Source: a bacterium (GTDB lineage Bacteria > Margulisbacteria > WOR-1 > O2-12-FULL-45-9 > XYB2-FULL-48-7). Taken from it: a stretch of 59,595 bases of DNA. Below are positions 1 to 10,705 of this stretch, piece by piece (the stretch's first letter is position 1; the number at the start of each line of letters is the position of its first letter). The DNA is taken from assembly GCA_043812655.1 (NCBI GenBank), contig JBDRLW010000018.1, forward strand, positions 1 through 59,595, written 5' to 3'. The notes below the pieces were generated by a model that had not been told where the DNA came from, did no database searches, and worked only from the letters and a program-made list of their open reading frames with translations. The translations under genes and the position numbers were made by a program.

Positions 1-474
1 ACATTGGGCGATGGCGCAATGCTCCGAGTCGATCGGATATATTTTTATGCCAGCAGTTTTAGCTTCCTGCATAAAAAAGTCGCCAGCGGTCACCAGGACT
101 TCTTTGGTGGCTAGGGCGATATCTTTTTTTAATTTAATTGCTTCAAGAACAGCGGGCAAGGAGAGAGAACCAGGGATAGCAACGACGACCATTTTGGCTT
201 CGGCGAAAGTGGCGACTTTCATTATCCCTTCGATGCCGGAAACAAGCTCAACTTTTACGCCAGCTAATTTGGCTTCGACTTTGGTTTTAACTTCATCATT
301 CAAGACGGAAACTAAGCGGGGTTGGAACTTTTTGATCTGCTCGACAATGAGATCGACTTCATCTTTCGCCGCCAGGGCGACCACTTTTAATTGGCTAGGG
401 AAGATCGACACGACTTCAAGCGTCTGTTTACCGATCGAGCCGGTGGAGCCTAGAATAGATAGTGATTTTTTCAT
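1..474 (-). CDS. dxr: 1-deoxy-D-xylulose 5-phosphate reductoisomerase (5' part; runs off window start)
   Basis: Manual translation from ATG 474: MKKSLSILGSTGSIGKQTLEVV...ALATKE...PIDSEHCAIAQC (GSTGSIG and PIDSEH motifs). Not in the ORF track because it is truncated. Confidence 0.95.
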   Translation of the reverse strand, partial: MKKSLSILGSTGSIGKQTLEVVSIFPSQLKVVALAAKDEVDLIVEQIKKFQPRLVSVLNDEVKTKVEAKLAGVKVELVSGIEGIMKVATFAEAKMVVVAIPGSLSLPAVLEAIKLKKDIALATKEVLVTAGDFFMQEAKTAGIKIYPIDSEHCAIAQC

Positions 475-488
475 TGTAGTTTGATATT

Positions 489-890
489 TTAAACGGTAAA
501 TTCTTTCAGATAAAGAAACATTCTTTCAAGAAATTGGATTGCCTGATTAGTCCTTTTTTCTGTCTCTTCTCTAGTGAATTTTTTGGTTACAATATAATCG
601 CCCAATTCCCTAACATCTTTTGTCTCATTATAAATTCTGCCATACACTTCTTCAATTAAGCCTGGTTTAACAAAATGAAGGCCAAACATAGTAATCGCGC
701 CATTGTGGGAAGAGGGATCAATTTCTTTTGTTAATAGGACTGCTTTAGCGGCATGAAAAATAGCATAATATGACCGAGAAATAGAATCAGCAAAAAGACC
801 GTTTTTAAGCAGGAGTTTAGATGCAGCCAACGAATCCTTTGCCCTGGCCAGTTCAGCCAGGATCCTTTCCGTTAAAATATTCTTATCCAA
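489..890 (-). CDS. HEPN domain protein
   Basis: SRSYYAIFHAAKAVL...SHNG...RELGDY pattern; overlaps the upstream MNT gene. Confidence 0.85.
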   Translation of the reverse strand: MDKNILTERILAELARAKDSLAASKLLLKNGLFADSISRSYYAIFHAAKAVLLTKEIDPSSHNGAITMFGLHFVKPGLIEEVYGRIYNETKDVRELGDYIVTKKFTREETEKRTNQAIQFLERMFLYLKEFTV

Positions 891-1221
891 TGGAAATGCC
901 GTCCCGCTGGGTGTTTTTAATAAAAGAGGTTTGCCAAAGGGTTAATTGTTGGTATTCTTTAAGATTTATTACTCTTGGGGAAACCAAGACTTCATATTTA
1001 AGAAAAAAACCATAAGCAATATCAAGGATTTGATCCCTAATTTCAAAATCACCCTCATCAATCAACACCATTACATCTATGTCCGACTCTTTATGGAAAT
1101 CTCCTCGTGCTTTAGAGCCATACAAAAGGATGGTTTTGATTTTGCCGGGGAATTTCCGCAAAACAGCTTCTTTAAATTCTTTAACTGCCTTTTCTTCTAT
1201 TTCAGTAAGTTTGCCTGTCAT
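883..1221 (-). CDS. Minimal nucleotidyltransferase (MNT)
   Basis: LYGSKARGDFHKESDIDV motif; start moved to ATG 1221, preceded by GGAG. Confidence 0.88.
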   Translation of the reverse strand: MTGKLTEIEEKAVKEFKEAVLRKFPGKIKTILLYGSKARGDFHKESDIDVMVLIDEGDFEIRDQILDIAYGFFLKYEVLVSPRVINLKEYQQLTLWQTSFIKNTQRDGISIG

Positions 1222-1541
1222 ATTTGCTCCTATAAAAATAAAGTTAAATTTCTTCCACAACCTGCTGATAATGTATTGTAACATTTCGACTGTGCTTGAT
1301 GCAAAGCGGCTCGATAGGTTCGGCGAAAGCGGGATAAAGTCGGGGAATAAATCAGGAGGAAAGGAAAAAGGGTTTTCATAGAGTATGAATGATGATGAGT
1401 GATCCAGCCGGTTTAGCGACATTACGCGCGGTTAATGCTTTGAGACGAGAATTAAAAGAAGCGCGACAGCTCCTTTCGGCTGGTCGGGACTTATAAAAAG
1501 GGTTAATCCCTGTTCCCATTGTGGTAATAATCCCAAATGAT

Positions 1542-1589
1542 TTTACCGATCGAACCGGTGGGGCCTAACATAGCCAGGGATTTTTTCAG
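1542..1589 (-). pseudogene. Degenerate 48-nt copy of the dxr 5' end
   Basis: 40/48 nt identical to 427-474; reads LKKSLAMLGPTGSIGK vs MKKSLSILGSTGSIGK. Confidence 0.8.
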
Positions 1590-2071
1590 AGAATAAAGTT
1601 AATTATACCTAGGCTGGCGGCGCTGACAAGAATAATTGCGATAGCGGTGCCGATGGCGGCGGCAAAAAAGGTGGGGAGCCAGCGGAGGCCCAAAAGATAA
1701 GCGGCGATAGTACCGGTCCAGACGCCTGTTCCCGGCAAAGGAATACCAATAAATAAGATCAGCCCAAGCAGTTCAAACTCCTCGATCACTTTACTCCTGG
1801 CCCTTGTCCTGGCAAATAACCAGGCAATGAAACGGTCAAAAGCGCGATTTTTCTTTCTTAGCCACTCGGTAAAATATGTTAAGAACCAAAGGATGGGGAA
1901 GACCGGCAATAGGCTGCCGATCAGGTTTAAAAAGAAGGTGGTAACGACCGGGAGCTTGAAGTAGATAAGTGAAATAGGGACCGCTCCTCTAACCTCTATG
2001 ATCGGAATAGCGGAGATAATGATCACGGCTAATTCGTGCGGCAGTCCGCGCAGCAATTCAACTATATACAT
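1586..2071 (-). CDS. Putative small multi-drug export family membrane protein
   Basis: PIIEVRGAVP and GLILFIGIPLPGTGVWTG motifs; hydrophobic. Confidence 0.85.
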   Translation of the reverse strand: MYIVELLRGLPHELAVIIISAIPIIEVRGAVPISLIYFKLPVVTTFFLNLIGSLLPVFPILWFLTYFTEWLRKKNRAFDRFIAWLFARTRARSKVIEEFELLGLILFIGIPLPGTGVWTGTIAAYLLGLRWLPTFFAAAIGTAIAIILVSAASLGIINFIL

Positions 2072-2081
2072 AATTGGTTGA

Positions 2082-2687
2082 TCAAGGTTTACTTGCGGTG
2101 ATGGTGACCGACTTTAAGATCACGTCGGTTTTTGGCCGGTCATTGGCGCCGCGGGGAGTGTTTGCGATCTGCTCAACGACCTCTTGCCCCTCGATCACCT
2201 GGCCAAAGATCGTGTGTTTGCCGTTAAGCCACGGGGTTTCCGCCACCGTGATAAAAAACTGGCTCCCGTTGGTGCCCGGGCCAGAGTTAGCCATTGCCAG
2301 CCGGCCAACCTGGTCAAAGGCTAGCTCTTCAACGCATTCATCTTCAAATTTATAACCGGGGCCGCCGATCCCGAGCCCCAGCGGATCACCCCCCTGGATC
2401 ATAAAGTTGGGGATAACGCGGTGGAAGATCGTCCCGTTATAAAGCGGCTTCTTGACGATCTCCTTAGTTTTAGGGTCGGTCCAGGCTTGTTCTCCTTTGG
2501 CTAATCCGGCAAAATTCTTGACGGTCATCGGGGCTTGGTCGGGATAAAGTTCGCAGACGATCCGACCGAGCGAAGTCTCCAGCACAGCAAAATTATTTTC
2601 CATTTTTGGTTTTTCTCCCATCGCCCACAACGGCGTTATTAATATTGCCAGCAATAAGAATAAGGCTATTTGCCTTTTTTTAACCAC
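2082..2687 (-). CDS. Cyclophilin-type peptidyl-prolyl cis-trans isomerase with signal peptide
   Basis: [40 protein letters not shown]. Confidence 0.95.
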   Translation of the reverse strand: MVKKRQIALFLLLAILITPLWAMGEKPKMENNFAVLETSLGRIVCELYPDQAPMTVKNFAGLAKGEQAWTDPKTKEIVKKPLYNGTIFHRVIPNFMIQGGDPLGLGIGGPGYKFEDECVEELAFDQVGRLAMANSGPGTNGSQFFITVAETPWLNGKHTIFGQVIEGQEVVEQIANTPRGANDRPKTDVILKSVTITASKP

Positions 2688-3664
2688 TGCATCATCCCTC
2701 GTAACTCGCCCCCAACTTTTTCGATGAGGTGGTTCTTGTCTTTTTCGCGGAGAGCGTTAAAATTGGTGCAACCGTCTTTATTTTCTTTTAGCCATTCACG
2801 GGCAAAAGCGCCGGATTGGACCCTGGCTAAAGCTTTTTTCATTTTCTTTTTGGTCTTTTCATCGATGATCTTGGGTCCGACGGTTAGGTCGCCATATTCA
2901 GCGGTGTTGCTGATCGCTTTGCGCATACCGGCGATCCCCTGTTTGTAAATGAGGTCGACGATCAGCTTTAATTCATGGACGCATTCAAAGTAGGCCATTT
3001 CTGGCTGGTAACCGGCTTCAACCAAGGTTTCAAAGCCCGCCTTAACGAGCGAGGTACAGCCACCGCAGAGGACAACCTGTTCACCGAAGAGATCGGTTTC
3101 AACTTCTTCTTTGAAAGTCGTTTCAAACACGCCCGCTCGGGTTCCGCCGATGCCCTTGGCATAAGCTAAAGCTGTTTCTTTCGCTTTACCGCTAGCATCT
3201 TGGTAAATGGCGATGAGGGCCGGAACGCCCGCACCTTCCATATATGTTTCACGGACCATGAAGCCGGGTCCTTTGGGAGCGACCATGATGACGTCAACGT
3301 CACTTGGTGCCTTGATCGCTTTGAAATGGATGTTAAAACCGTGGGAAAACATCAAGGTTTTGCCCTTTTTCATGTATTTCCGGATCGATTCTTTATAAAC
3401 CTTGGCCTGGACTTCGTCTGGGATAAGGATTTGGATGATATCGCCAGCTTTAGCGGCTTCGGCGGCGGTCATGACTTCAAAACCAGCTTCTTGAGCGAGT
3501 TTCCAGTTCGGCGTTCCCTCAACTTCGGCAATAATGACCTTAACCCCGCTATCTTTTAAGTTTTGTCCTTGGGCGCCGCCTTGATTTCCGAAGCCGATGA
3601 TCGAAACTGTTTTATCTTTCAAAACCTCTAAATTTGCATCCTTATCATAATAAACATTAGCCAT
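2666..3664 (-). CDS. ilvC: Ketol-acid reductoisomerase
   Basis: [44 protein letters not shown]. Confidence 0.98.
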   Translation of the reverse strand: MANVYYDKDANLEVLKDKTVSIIGFGNQGGAQGQNLKDSGVKVIIAEVEGTPNWKLAQEAGFEVMTAAEAAKAGDIIQILIPDEVQAKVYKESIRKYMKKGKTLMFSHGFNIHFKAIKAPSDVDVIMVAPKGPGFMVRETYMEGAGVPALIAIYQDASGKAKETALAYAKGIGGTRAGVFETTFKEEVETDLFGEQVVLCGGCTSLVKAGFETLVEAGYQPEMAYFECVHELKLIVDLIYKQGIAGMRKAISNTAEYGDLTVGPKIIDEKTKKKMKKALARVQSGAFAREWLKENKDGCTNFNALREKDKNHLIEKVGGELRGMMQWLKKGK

Positions 3665-3689
3665 TTTTCTGTTCCTCCTTAAATATTCT

Positions 3690-3716
3690 GAAATCCTTCA
3701 ATTTTAACTACGATAT
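3690..3716 (+). promoter_or_regulatory. sigma28/SigD-like promoter candidate
   Basis: GAAA-N15-TACGATAT upstream of orphan 3761; same spacing as the other copies. Confidence 0.55.
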
Positions 3717-3760
3717 CATTTTAGAACGATTTTGACGGAAAGTAAAGAGGACAAAAATAG

Positions 3761-4039
3761 ATGATAAGTAGAACTTCGCGGGTACAACCCAGGATCAATC
3801 GCCCGAAACAACTAACGATTGTGTTGGCCGATAAAATTCATTTTGATTGGCTGAAGGAAAATAGGATCATGGTTAAGATCTACTGGGAAGGACGCGATGG
3901 GAAAAACTATCGAGGTGTCGGGGTAATTAATTATGTTGACTTTGACAATAAAGAGTTAAAGATCCATTTTTCCGGAGCCAAAGAAGTGATTTACAGCAAT
4001 TGGATCATTTCATGGAAAATAGTTAAGGATAAAAGCTGA
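3761..4039 (+). CDS. Orphan hypothetical protein (small beta-rich; weak YolD/SH3-like pattern)
   Basis: 92-aa ORF filling the ilvN-ilvC gap on the opposite strand; GAGG upstream. Confidence 0.65.
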   Translation: MISRTSRVQPRINRPKQLTIVLADKIHFDWLKENRIMVKIYWEGRDGKNYRGVGVINYVDFDNKELKIHFSGAKEVIYSNWIISWKIVKDKS

Positions 4040-4046
4040 CTACAGC

Positions 4047-4529
4047 TTACTCCGCGCTGCCTCTTTGCAGGGCGATCCGGCCGGCGCGGACGAGTTCTTT
4101 GATGCCAAACTTGGTTAATAGCTTTATCGCTCCCGCAACCCTATCACTTTCCCCGGAAAGCTCGAGCGTCATCGAAGTTTCGGCAACGTCAACTATCTTT
4201 CCTTTATAGATCTCGGCGATCTGGGTGATCTCTGGTCGGGTCTTGTCATTGGCGGCCACCTTGATCAAGACCAGCTCGCTTTCGACCGCCTTATCCGCCG
4301 GCAGGTCAAAAACTTTTAAAGTGTCGATCAGCTTATAAAGCTGCTTGGTGATCTGCTCGAGGTCCTGCTCATCACCGGCGACGACGATCGTCATCCGGGA
4401 CATCGCCGGATCCTCCGTCGTACCGACGGCCAGCGATTCAATATTGAACCCGCGGCGGCTAAAGAGTCCGCTCACTCTAGAGAGAACCCCCGGTTTATTT
4501 TCAACTATAACTGATATTGTATGTTTCAT
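4047..4529 (-). CDS. ilvN: Acetolactate synthase small (regulatory) subunit
   Basis: MKHTISVIVENKPGVLSRVSGLFSRRGFNIESL; start set at ATG 4529. Confidence 0.96.
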   Translation of the reverse strand: MKHTISVIVENKPGVLSRVSGLFSRRGFNIESLAVGTTEDPAMSRMTIVVAGDEQDLEQITKQLYKLIDTLKVFDLPADKAVESELVLIKVAANDKTRPEITQIAEIYKGKIVDVAETSMTLELSGESDRVAGAIKLLTKFGIKELVRAGRIALQRGSAE

Positions 4530-4540
4530 ATCATTTACTT

Positions 4541-4612
4541 GGAATAGGGTAATTCGTAACGCGTAATGCAAAAGGGAATATTCACATTACCCATTACATA
4601 TTACCCTATTCC
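4541..4612. repeat. Inverted repeat built from 7-mer (GGGTAAT-like) units
   Basis: GGAATAGGGTAAT 4541-4553 pairs with ATTACCCTATTCC 4600-4612, with degenerate GTAAT/ATTAC heptamers inside. Confidence 0.8.
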
Positions 4613-4617
4613 TTCCC

Positions 4618-6297
4618 CTAATCAATAATCATCTCATTTATCGCCTGCCCGGGAGGGACAAACGGAAAAACGTTCTCTTCCTTGGCAACGACAAAGTTGA
4701 CCAAAACCGGCCGATCATTAATGGCAAAAGCTTTTTCGATCGCGCCTTTGATCTCTTCCGGCTTAGTCACCCGAAAAGCCGCGCAACCAAAAGCCTCAGC
4801 CACTTTCACCAGGTCAGGGTTGTTGCACAGGTTGGTATGTGAATACTGTTTATTATAGATCAATTCCTGCCACTGGCGGACCATGCCGAGGAAAGAATTG
4901 TCCAAAACAAAGATCTTGATCGGCAGACGATTATTGACCGCGGTCGTCAATTCTTGGATATTCATTTGGATCGAACCGTCGCCGGCAAAGTTAATGACCA
5001 GCGCGTCTGGCCGCCCAAACTGGGCACCGACCGCGGCCGGAAGCCCAAAACCCATCGTTCCCAGGCCACCGGACGAGATCCAACTTCTTGGTTTATCAAA
5101 ATTATAAAACATGGCCGCCCACATCTGGTGTTGGCCGACTTCAGTGACGACGATAGTGTCTCGGCCTTTAGCGAGCTTGCACGCTTGGACGATCACGTCT
5201 TGCGGTTTAATTATTCCCGGCTCCGATTTATAGGCGAGGGGATATTTCTTTTTCCACTCGGCGATTTGTTCCACCCAGAGTTGATGTTTTTCTTTCGGTC
5301 CAATTTTATCAAGCAGTGCCCGCAAAACTTTTTTCACGTCGCCGACGATCGGGACATCAACCCGGACATTTTTACCGATCTCGGCCGGGTCAACATCGAT
5401 ATGGATGACCTTGGCATTGGGAGCGAATTTCTCTATATGTCCGGTCACCCGGTCATCAAACCGAGCGCCGATCGCAATTAAAAGATCGCACTCGGTCACG
5501 GCGTAATTAGCATAAGCAGTTCCATGCATCCCCAGCATGCCCATTGAAAGCTCGTGGCTTTCGGGGAAGGCGCCGATCCCCATGAGAGTTGTTGTCACCG
5601 GCAGATTGCATTTTTCAGCCAGTTCTTTGAGTTCGCTGGCCGCATTGGCCGAAATTACGCCGCCGCCGGCGTAGATGATCGGTTTTTTACTGGCAGCGAT
5701 CGCTTTGCAGGCCATTGAAATTTGTTTGGGATGGCCCTCAACTCTTGGTTTATAGCTGGGAATATCGACTTTATCGGGATATTTATAGTCGATCTTATTA
5801 ACAAAGACATCTTTAGGGATATCAATTAAAACCGGGCCGGGACGACCGGTCCTGGCGATATAAAAAGCCTCTTTGATCACCCGCGGCAGGTCTTCTGTTT
5901 TCTTCACCAGGTACTTATGTTTGGTGATCGGCATGGTGATGCCGGTGATATCCGCTTCCTGGAAGGAATCGCGGCCGAGGAGTGAAGTCGCGACCTGGCC
6001 GGTGATCGCGACCATCGGGATCGAATCCATGTAGGCGTTAGCGACGCCGGTGACCAAATTGGTCGCGCCGGGCCCAGAAGTGGCAAGACAAACGCCGACT
6101 TTGCCGGTCGCTCTAGCGTAACCATCGGCCGCGTGGGCCGCGCCTTGTTCGTGGCGAACCAGGATATGTTTGATCTTTTTATCCGTGAACATCGCGTCGT
6201 ATAGCGGCAAAACCACGCCGCCGGGGTAGCCAAAAATTGTGTCGACCCCTTCGTGTTTAAGTGATTCCAGTAGTGCTTGCGCGCCAGAGAGCTTCAT
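4618..6297 (-). CDS. ilvB: Acetolactate synthase large subunit
   Basis: [41 protein letters not shown]. Confidence 0.98.
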   Translation of the reverse strand: MKLSGAQALLESLKHEGVDTIFGYPGGVVLPLYDAMFTDKKIKHILVRHEQGAAHAADGYARATGKVGVCLATSGPGATNLVTGVANAYMDSIPMVAITGQVATSLLGRDSFQEADITGITMPITKHKYLVKKTEDLPRVIKEAFYIARTGRPGPVLIDIPKDVFVNKIDYKYPDKVDIPSYKPRVEGHPKQISMACKAIAASKKPIIYAGGGVISANAASELKELAEKCNLPVTTTLMGIGAFPESHELSMGMLGMHGTAYANYAVTECDLLIAIGARFDDRVTGHIEKFAPNAKVIHIDVDPAEIGKNVRVDVPIVGDVKKVLRALLDKIGPKEKHQLWVEQIAEWKKKYPLAYKSEPGIIKPQDVIVQACKLAKGRDTIVVTEVGQHQMWAAMFYNFDKPRSWISSGGLGTMGFGLPAAVGAQFGRPDALVINFAGDGSIQMNIQELTTAVNNRLPIKIFVLDNSFLGMVRQWQELIYNKQYSHTNLCNNPDLVKVAEAFGCAAFRVTKPEEIKGAIEKAFAINDRPVLVNFVVAKEENVFPFVPPGQAINEMIID

Positions 6298-6337
6298 ATT
6301 ATGTAAATATTATCATAAAAAATCAGGTAAAAAAAGT

Positions 6338-6364
6338 GAAATTATTGTAAAAAAGGGATGAAAA
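6338..6364 (+). promoter_or_regulatory. sigma28-like promoter candidate (degenerate -10)
   Basis: AAAGTGAAAT then GATGAAAA at N15; 6311-6345 is nearly identical to 12225-12258. Confidence 0.4.
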
Positions 6365-6370
6365 AGAATT

Positions 6371-7267
6371 ATGGGCTATCTGTCAATAACAACTGCTCCC
6401 GGAATAAATGTTTCTTTTCGCCTTAAGTGTCGGTCGAGGTTGCACGGTCTTTCCCGTGACCCCCGGGAGACAAGAAAGGCTGGCGCCGATCTGTACCGGA
6501 CTCCAATTTTTCACCGGCTGGGAGTTGTCCTGCCGGAAACATTGGCGATAGACACTGCTTTAGACACAAGAGGTGCTATAGAATTAGCGGGAGAACTTTT
6601 TACCTGGCAGGGCCACGACCAGCTAGAGCAGGTAATTCGCAAGCAAGTGCCAAAGGAAAGAGAGAAACTGCTTTGGGAATTCATTATGCTTGACACCTGG
6701 ATGAGATTGTTGGAAAAGTATTCATCACTGTCAAAAATAAAGCTGGGGGCTCCGCAGCCGATCAAAGTTGGAAAAAGCCAAGAGGAAGGAACCTTTGACC
6801 TTTTATATATGACAATGTGTTCCGGGTGGAAGTTAACAGATGTTCCGAAAAAATACTATCCCCAAATAGCCCGGTCATTAGGCCGACTAGCCAAAATAAA
6901 GGAAAAAGAAAAATTACTGCATGGGAATTACACCTTAGAAAACCTGATCTTTGAAGCAGAGCCGGTAACGCTGGCAACAAGTAGAAAAGGGAGGAAGTAT
7001 ATGAGTTTATGTCCGGTCGAGCTGTTTTATTCAAAGCATCCGCTTCTCCAGGTGGTCGGTGTTGGTGAAAGCAGAGCCGCCCTTTTATCAGAGATCAAAG
7101 AAGAGAACGAGAAGTTATGGGCAAAATTTTTCGCTTTAAATAATATTGACCAAGACGAGGCAAGATCGCTTAGAAGGGAATATCAGAAGGGACGAGATAG
7201 AGTGCAGAACGAAGACCCGTATTTAGGAATAGTAAAAGGTAGAACAAGAATTCCAGTTTGGTTTTAA
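6371..7267 (+). CDS. Orphan protein with Bud32/RIO/Kdo-kinase-like motifs lacking the catalytic Asp residues (pseudokinase-like)
   Basis: LLYMTMCSGWKLTD...IARSLGRL...LLHGNYTLENLIF...LQVVGVGES. Confidence 0.6.
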   Translation: MGYLSITTAPGINVSFRLKCRSRLHGLSRDPRETRKAGADLYRTPIFHRLGVVLPETLAIDTALDTRGAIELAGELFTWQGHDQLEQVIRKQVPKEREKLLWEFIMLDTWMRLLEKYSSLSKIKLGAPQPIKVGKSQEEGTFDLLYMTMCSGWKLTDVPKKYYPQIARSLGRLAKIKEKEKLLHGNYTLENLIFEAEPVTLATSRKGRKYMSLCPVELFYSKHPLLQVVGVGESRAALLSEIKEENEKLWAKFFALNNIDQDEARSLRREYQKGRDRVQNEDPYLGIVKGRTRIPVWF

Positions 7268-7397
7268 TATGGATTATTTTGTAGGGATGGAAAATTAATA
7301 AAATTATTGAATTGGTGAAATTAGCTGAAATTATTTATTTCTGAAGCAGAAGAAAGAATGCCGCTTCTTATTAAGTATAAGTAAAGGAGAAGAAAAG

Positions 7398-8627
7398 ATG
7401 GGGATGACATTTTTGGACAGAGTAGCCGCCCGAGTTAGTACAAAGAATCAATCTCAGCATCGGGGAGTAGAGTTAGTAAATAAATATAGGACTCCTAAGT
7501 TAAGGGAAATGCGTGCTTATGATGTAGGAGTTGCGCTGGCCAATATTGATTACAGATTACGGGTGGTTGAATTTGGCCGGGGATACACTTTTACCAGATT
7601 ATATGAAGCAATAGTGAAGCTAAACCTTGGGATCCTACAGGAAACCCCAAAAAAGTATTTTTACAGGGAAGGGGTAATAAAAAGATTTCCCGAAATATCG
7701 GGTTTTATAGAAGAGCTTTTTGTCCAAAGGGGAAAATGGCTAGACATTAGGCCAAATTATGAGCAGTTGGTCAAAGAGTGCGAGGTTTCAGAAAAGACAA
7801 AGGAGGGTTTGCTGGCTGAATTGGAGACAGCGGCTCATAACACTTTTGATGTTCTTGACCGCATTATGGAAATGCCCGATTATTTTGATAAGTGGAAGGC
7901 AAAAAACCAAAGAGCAGAAATACCCCGGGAGGTTGCGGATCTGGCGGTTAAGACCCAAGAATATCGGGATAAGCAATTTTCCACTCTTACTCCAGAAGAA
8001 CAGCGAAATATAATCCATCTAAACCGTTTGTTATGGGAATTTTCTTGCCCGGAAAGTTGTCCCAAAAACAGCTTTGTTGAAAAAGCTTTAAAAGAGCTTG
8101 GGGGCAAGGTTGACCAGTTGAGGGGGCTGTTAGAATTAGGAAGCAAGGCCCCTCTCTCACAGCTTGGTAATTCGGTAGAGGTTTTTACAAAAAAGGGAGA
8201 AAAGTGGGAAGTGGTAATCCTTAAAGAAAGACATCTGGAGGATATTTTACCCCATGGCTACACCGGCGTGATCGGGGTAATAAAGATCGGAAGAAAAGGG
8301 AGCAGCGACCTAATCAGAATTAATCAGAGAGATATGGAAAAATTACTTAAGTGGTTGGAACCTATTACTGATAAGTTGGGCTTGAGTTTATTAACCTTAG
8401 AAAATTGCAATTCTTTAGATGATCATTCAAAGAACTGTATTGATCAAGCTCGTGGACATGACGATCTTTGGTTGCCAGGAGAAGAAGAATCTTCATATGA
8501 TAGATGGAAAAACGGAGTAACAAGGACATTTATGACCGGGATCAACAAGGGGGCGGTATATTTTAATAGTATGGATTTTTATCCACCCGAAGATCGCGGA
8601 ATAATTCTTATTAGGAAAAAAAACTAG
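7398..8627 (+). CDS. Orphan hypothetical protein
   Basis: 409-aa ORF with SD AAAGGAG; no family recognised. Confidence 0.75.
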   Translation: MGMTFLDRVAARVSTKNQSQHRGVELVNKYRTPKLREMRAYDVGVALANIDYRLRVVEFGRGYTFTRLYEAIVKLNLGILQETPKKYFYREGVIKRFPEISGFIEELFVQRGKWLDIRPNYEQLVKECEVSEKTKEGLLAELETAAHNTFDVLDRIMEMPDYFDKWKAKNQRAEIPREVADLAVKTQEYRDKQFSTLTPEEQRNIIHLNRLLWEFSCPESCPKNSFVEKALKELGGKVDQLRGLLELGSKAPLSQLGNSVEVFTKKGEKWEVVILKERHLEDILPHGYTGVIGVIKIGRKGSSDLIRINQRDMEKLLKWLEPITDKLGLSLLTLENCNSLDDHSKNCIDQARGHDDLWLPGEEESSYDRWKNGVTRTFMTGINKGAVYFNSMDFYPPEDRGIILIRKKN

Positions 8628-8842
8628 GACGAAACCTCTACGACCTTATCCCTGCTTTTTTCGCCTTTTATTATTTTGATGCGATTTCGCTTGGTCTGGA
8701 AATGTTCCGCCAGGAATTCAATAAGTGCTTTATTGGCTTTGCCTTCAATGGGCGGGACGGTCAGATAGACTTTTAAGCGATTTTCTTCTTGAATAAATTT
8801 GTTTTGCTTAGCGTTGGGAAAGACTCTGACGCTTAGCCTCAC
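8624..8842 (-). CDS. DUF167/YggU family protein
   Basis: VRVFPNAK...PPIEGKANKALIEFLA...GEKSRDK; GTG start directly after ilvD. Confidence 0.9.
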   Translation of the reverse strand: MRLSVRVFPNAKQNKFIQEENRLKVYLTVPPIEGKANKALIEFLAEHFQTKRNRIKIIKGEKSRDKVVEVSS

Positions 8843-10489
8843 TTACGCCTTTAACACTGCCCCGGTACTGGCTGAAGTGACCTGCTTTTGATATCTTGCC
8901 AGCCAGCCGGCATTAAATTTTGGCTTCGGTTCTTTCCAGCTGCTTAGCCGGTTTTTTATTTCACTGGCCGAAACCTTTAATTCGATCTTCCTGCCCGGAA
9001 TATCAATTTCAATAATATCTCCATCTTTAACCGCCGCGATCGGTCCGCCTTCGGCCGCTTCCGGCGAAACGTGGCCGATGCAGGGGCCGCGGGTGCCGCC
9101 GGAAAATCTCCCATCTGTGATTAACGCGACCGATTCAGATAAGCCCATGCCAGCGATCGCTGAAGTCGGGTAGAGCATTTCGCGCATGCCGGGGCCGCCT
9201 TTGGGCCCCTCATAACGGATAACGACAACGTCGCCAGATTTTATTCTGCCGCCGGTGATCGCTTTTTCCGCTTCGTCTTCAGAATTAAAAACTTTGGCCT
9301 TGCCGGCAAACTTCATCATCTTGGGCGAAACCGCGGTTTGTTTGACAACGGAGCCTTCGGGTGCCAGATTCCCCTTAAGAATGGCGAGACTTCCTTGTTT
9401 ATGATACGGGTTTGACATTGGCCTGATAATTTCCCGATCAAAAACTTCCGCCATCGCGCCGATCTTCTTGATGTCAAATCCGGAGACAGTTGGATTGCGC
9501 TTGATCATTTTAAGTAATGTATGGAGCGCGGCTGGAACGCCGCCGGCATATTCAAAGTCTTCCATAAAATGGTTACCGCCTGGGCGGAGGCTGGTGATAT
9601 GAGGCGTTTCTTTGCTGATCTTGTCAAATAATTCGACTGGCAAGTTAATCCCTGCTTCGTTGGCGATGGCCGTTAAATGTAAAACTGCGTTGGTTGAGCC
9701 GCCAAGAGCCATATCAACTCTGATCGCGTTAATAAAAGCGTTTAAATTCATGATCTTTTTCGGTGTAATATTTTTCTTAACTAGTTCAACGGCTTTTTTC
9801 CCGCTTTCATAAGCGATAATTTTTTTCTTGGCGGAGACAGCCAAGGCAGTCGCACAATAGGGGAGGGACATTCCCATCGCTTCTGCCGCGCAAGCCATGG
9901 TATTGGCGGTAAAGAGGCCGGAACAAGAACCGGCGCCGGGGCAGGCGTTGAGCGTTAAATTATCAAGCTCTTTTTTGCCCATCTTCCCTTGTTTGTAAGC
10001 GGCTTCGGCTTCAAAAGTGTCGTGGACAAGATCGAGCTTGGTCATTTTATAACAACCGGCCAGCATTGGTCCGGCTGTCACGACGATACAAGGGATATTT
10101 AATCTGGCGGCGGCCATCAGCATTCCCGGCGTGATCTTATCGCAAGCGGTGAGGAGGACGAGCCCATCTAATTGGTGGGCTTCGGCGACCGATTCAATCG
10201 TGTCAGCGATCAATTCCCGAGATGGGAGAGAATAATGCATTCCTTTGTGGCCCATGGCAATCCCGTCGCAAATGGCGGGGAGGCCAAAAGTGAAAGAGAC
10301 GCCGCCGCCGGCGTGGATCCCTTTTTCGATCGCCCGCTCAAGCTGGCGCATGTCGACGTGGCCGGGAACAAGGTCGGTAAAACTGGAAGCAAGACCGATA
10401 AAGGGTTTGTTCATTTCTTGGCTAGAAACACCGGTGGCGTGGAGTAGCGACCTGATCGGAGCCCGTCCTTTTAATTTATTACTTCTCAT
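8843..10489 (-). CDS. ilvD: Dihydroxy-acid dehydratase
   Basis: [42 protein letters not shown]. Confidence 0.98.
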   Translation of the reverse strand: MRSNKLKGRAPIRSLLHATGVSSQEMNKPFIGLASSFTDLVPGHVDMRQLERAIEKGIHAGGGVSFTFGLPAICDGIAMGHKGMHYSLPSRELIADTIESVAEAHQLDGLVLLTACDKITPGMLMAAARLNIPCIVVTAGPMLAGCYKMTKLDLVHDTFEAEAAYKQGKMGKKELDNLTLNACPGAGSCSGLFTANTMACAAEAMGMSLPYCATALAVSAKKKIIAYESGKKAVELVKKNITPKKIMNLNAFINAIRVDMALGGSTNAVLHLTAIANEAGINLPVELFDKISKETPHITSLRPGGNHFMEDFEYAGGVPAALHTLLKMIKRNPTVSGFDIKKIGAMAEVFDREIIRPMSNPYHKQGSLAILKGNLAPEGSVVKQTAVSPKMMKFAGKAKVFNSEDEAEKAITGGRIKSGDVVVIRYEGPKGGPGMREMLYPTSAIAGMGLSESVALITDGRFSGGTRGPCIGHVSPEAAEGGPIAAVKDGDIIEIDIPGRKIELKVSASEIKNRLSSWKEPKPKFNAGWLARYQKQVTSASTGAVLKA

Positions 10490-10703
10490 CGATTAATACC
10501 TCCCGTATCCAATTTAAGGCGCCCCTGGCTTCGTAAATCCCTTCTTTAACTTGGGGTTTTTTGGCATTTTTCCCGAGCGATAGAACATAAGCATAGCGCC
10601 CGGCTTCGGTCTTAATATTGCCAAACTTTTTGACTTGCTTGATTATATCATCGCTCATAAAAGGCGCAATCCCAAAAGCGCCTAAACTATTTATATTTAT
10701 CAT
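10479..10703 (-). CDS. Hypothetical protein
   Basis: 74-aa ORF tightly packed between its neighbours; overlaps the ilvD start. Confidence 0.55.
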   Translation of the reverse strand: MININSLGAFGIAPFMSDDIIKQVKKFGNIKTEAGRYAYVLSLGKNAKKPQVKEGIYEARGALNWIREVLIDEK

Positions 10704-10705
10704 TA

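Noticed and set aside
11..484. 157-aa plus-strand ORF, and the many other antisense or overlapping ORFs in the track
   Set aside because: Shadows of well-supported genes on the opposite strand (here dxr); no motifs or RBS.
1222..1422. Long N-terminal extension of the MNT ORF
   Set aside because: An SD precedes ATG 1221 and the MNT domain starts there; the extension looks non-coding.
1389..1496. 35-aa plus-strand ORF MMMSDPAGLATLRAVNALRRELKEARQLLSAGRDL
   Set aside because: Could be a gene remnant, but it is short, has no recognisable family and no convincing RBS spacing.
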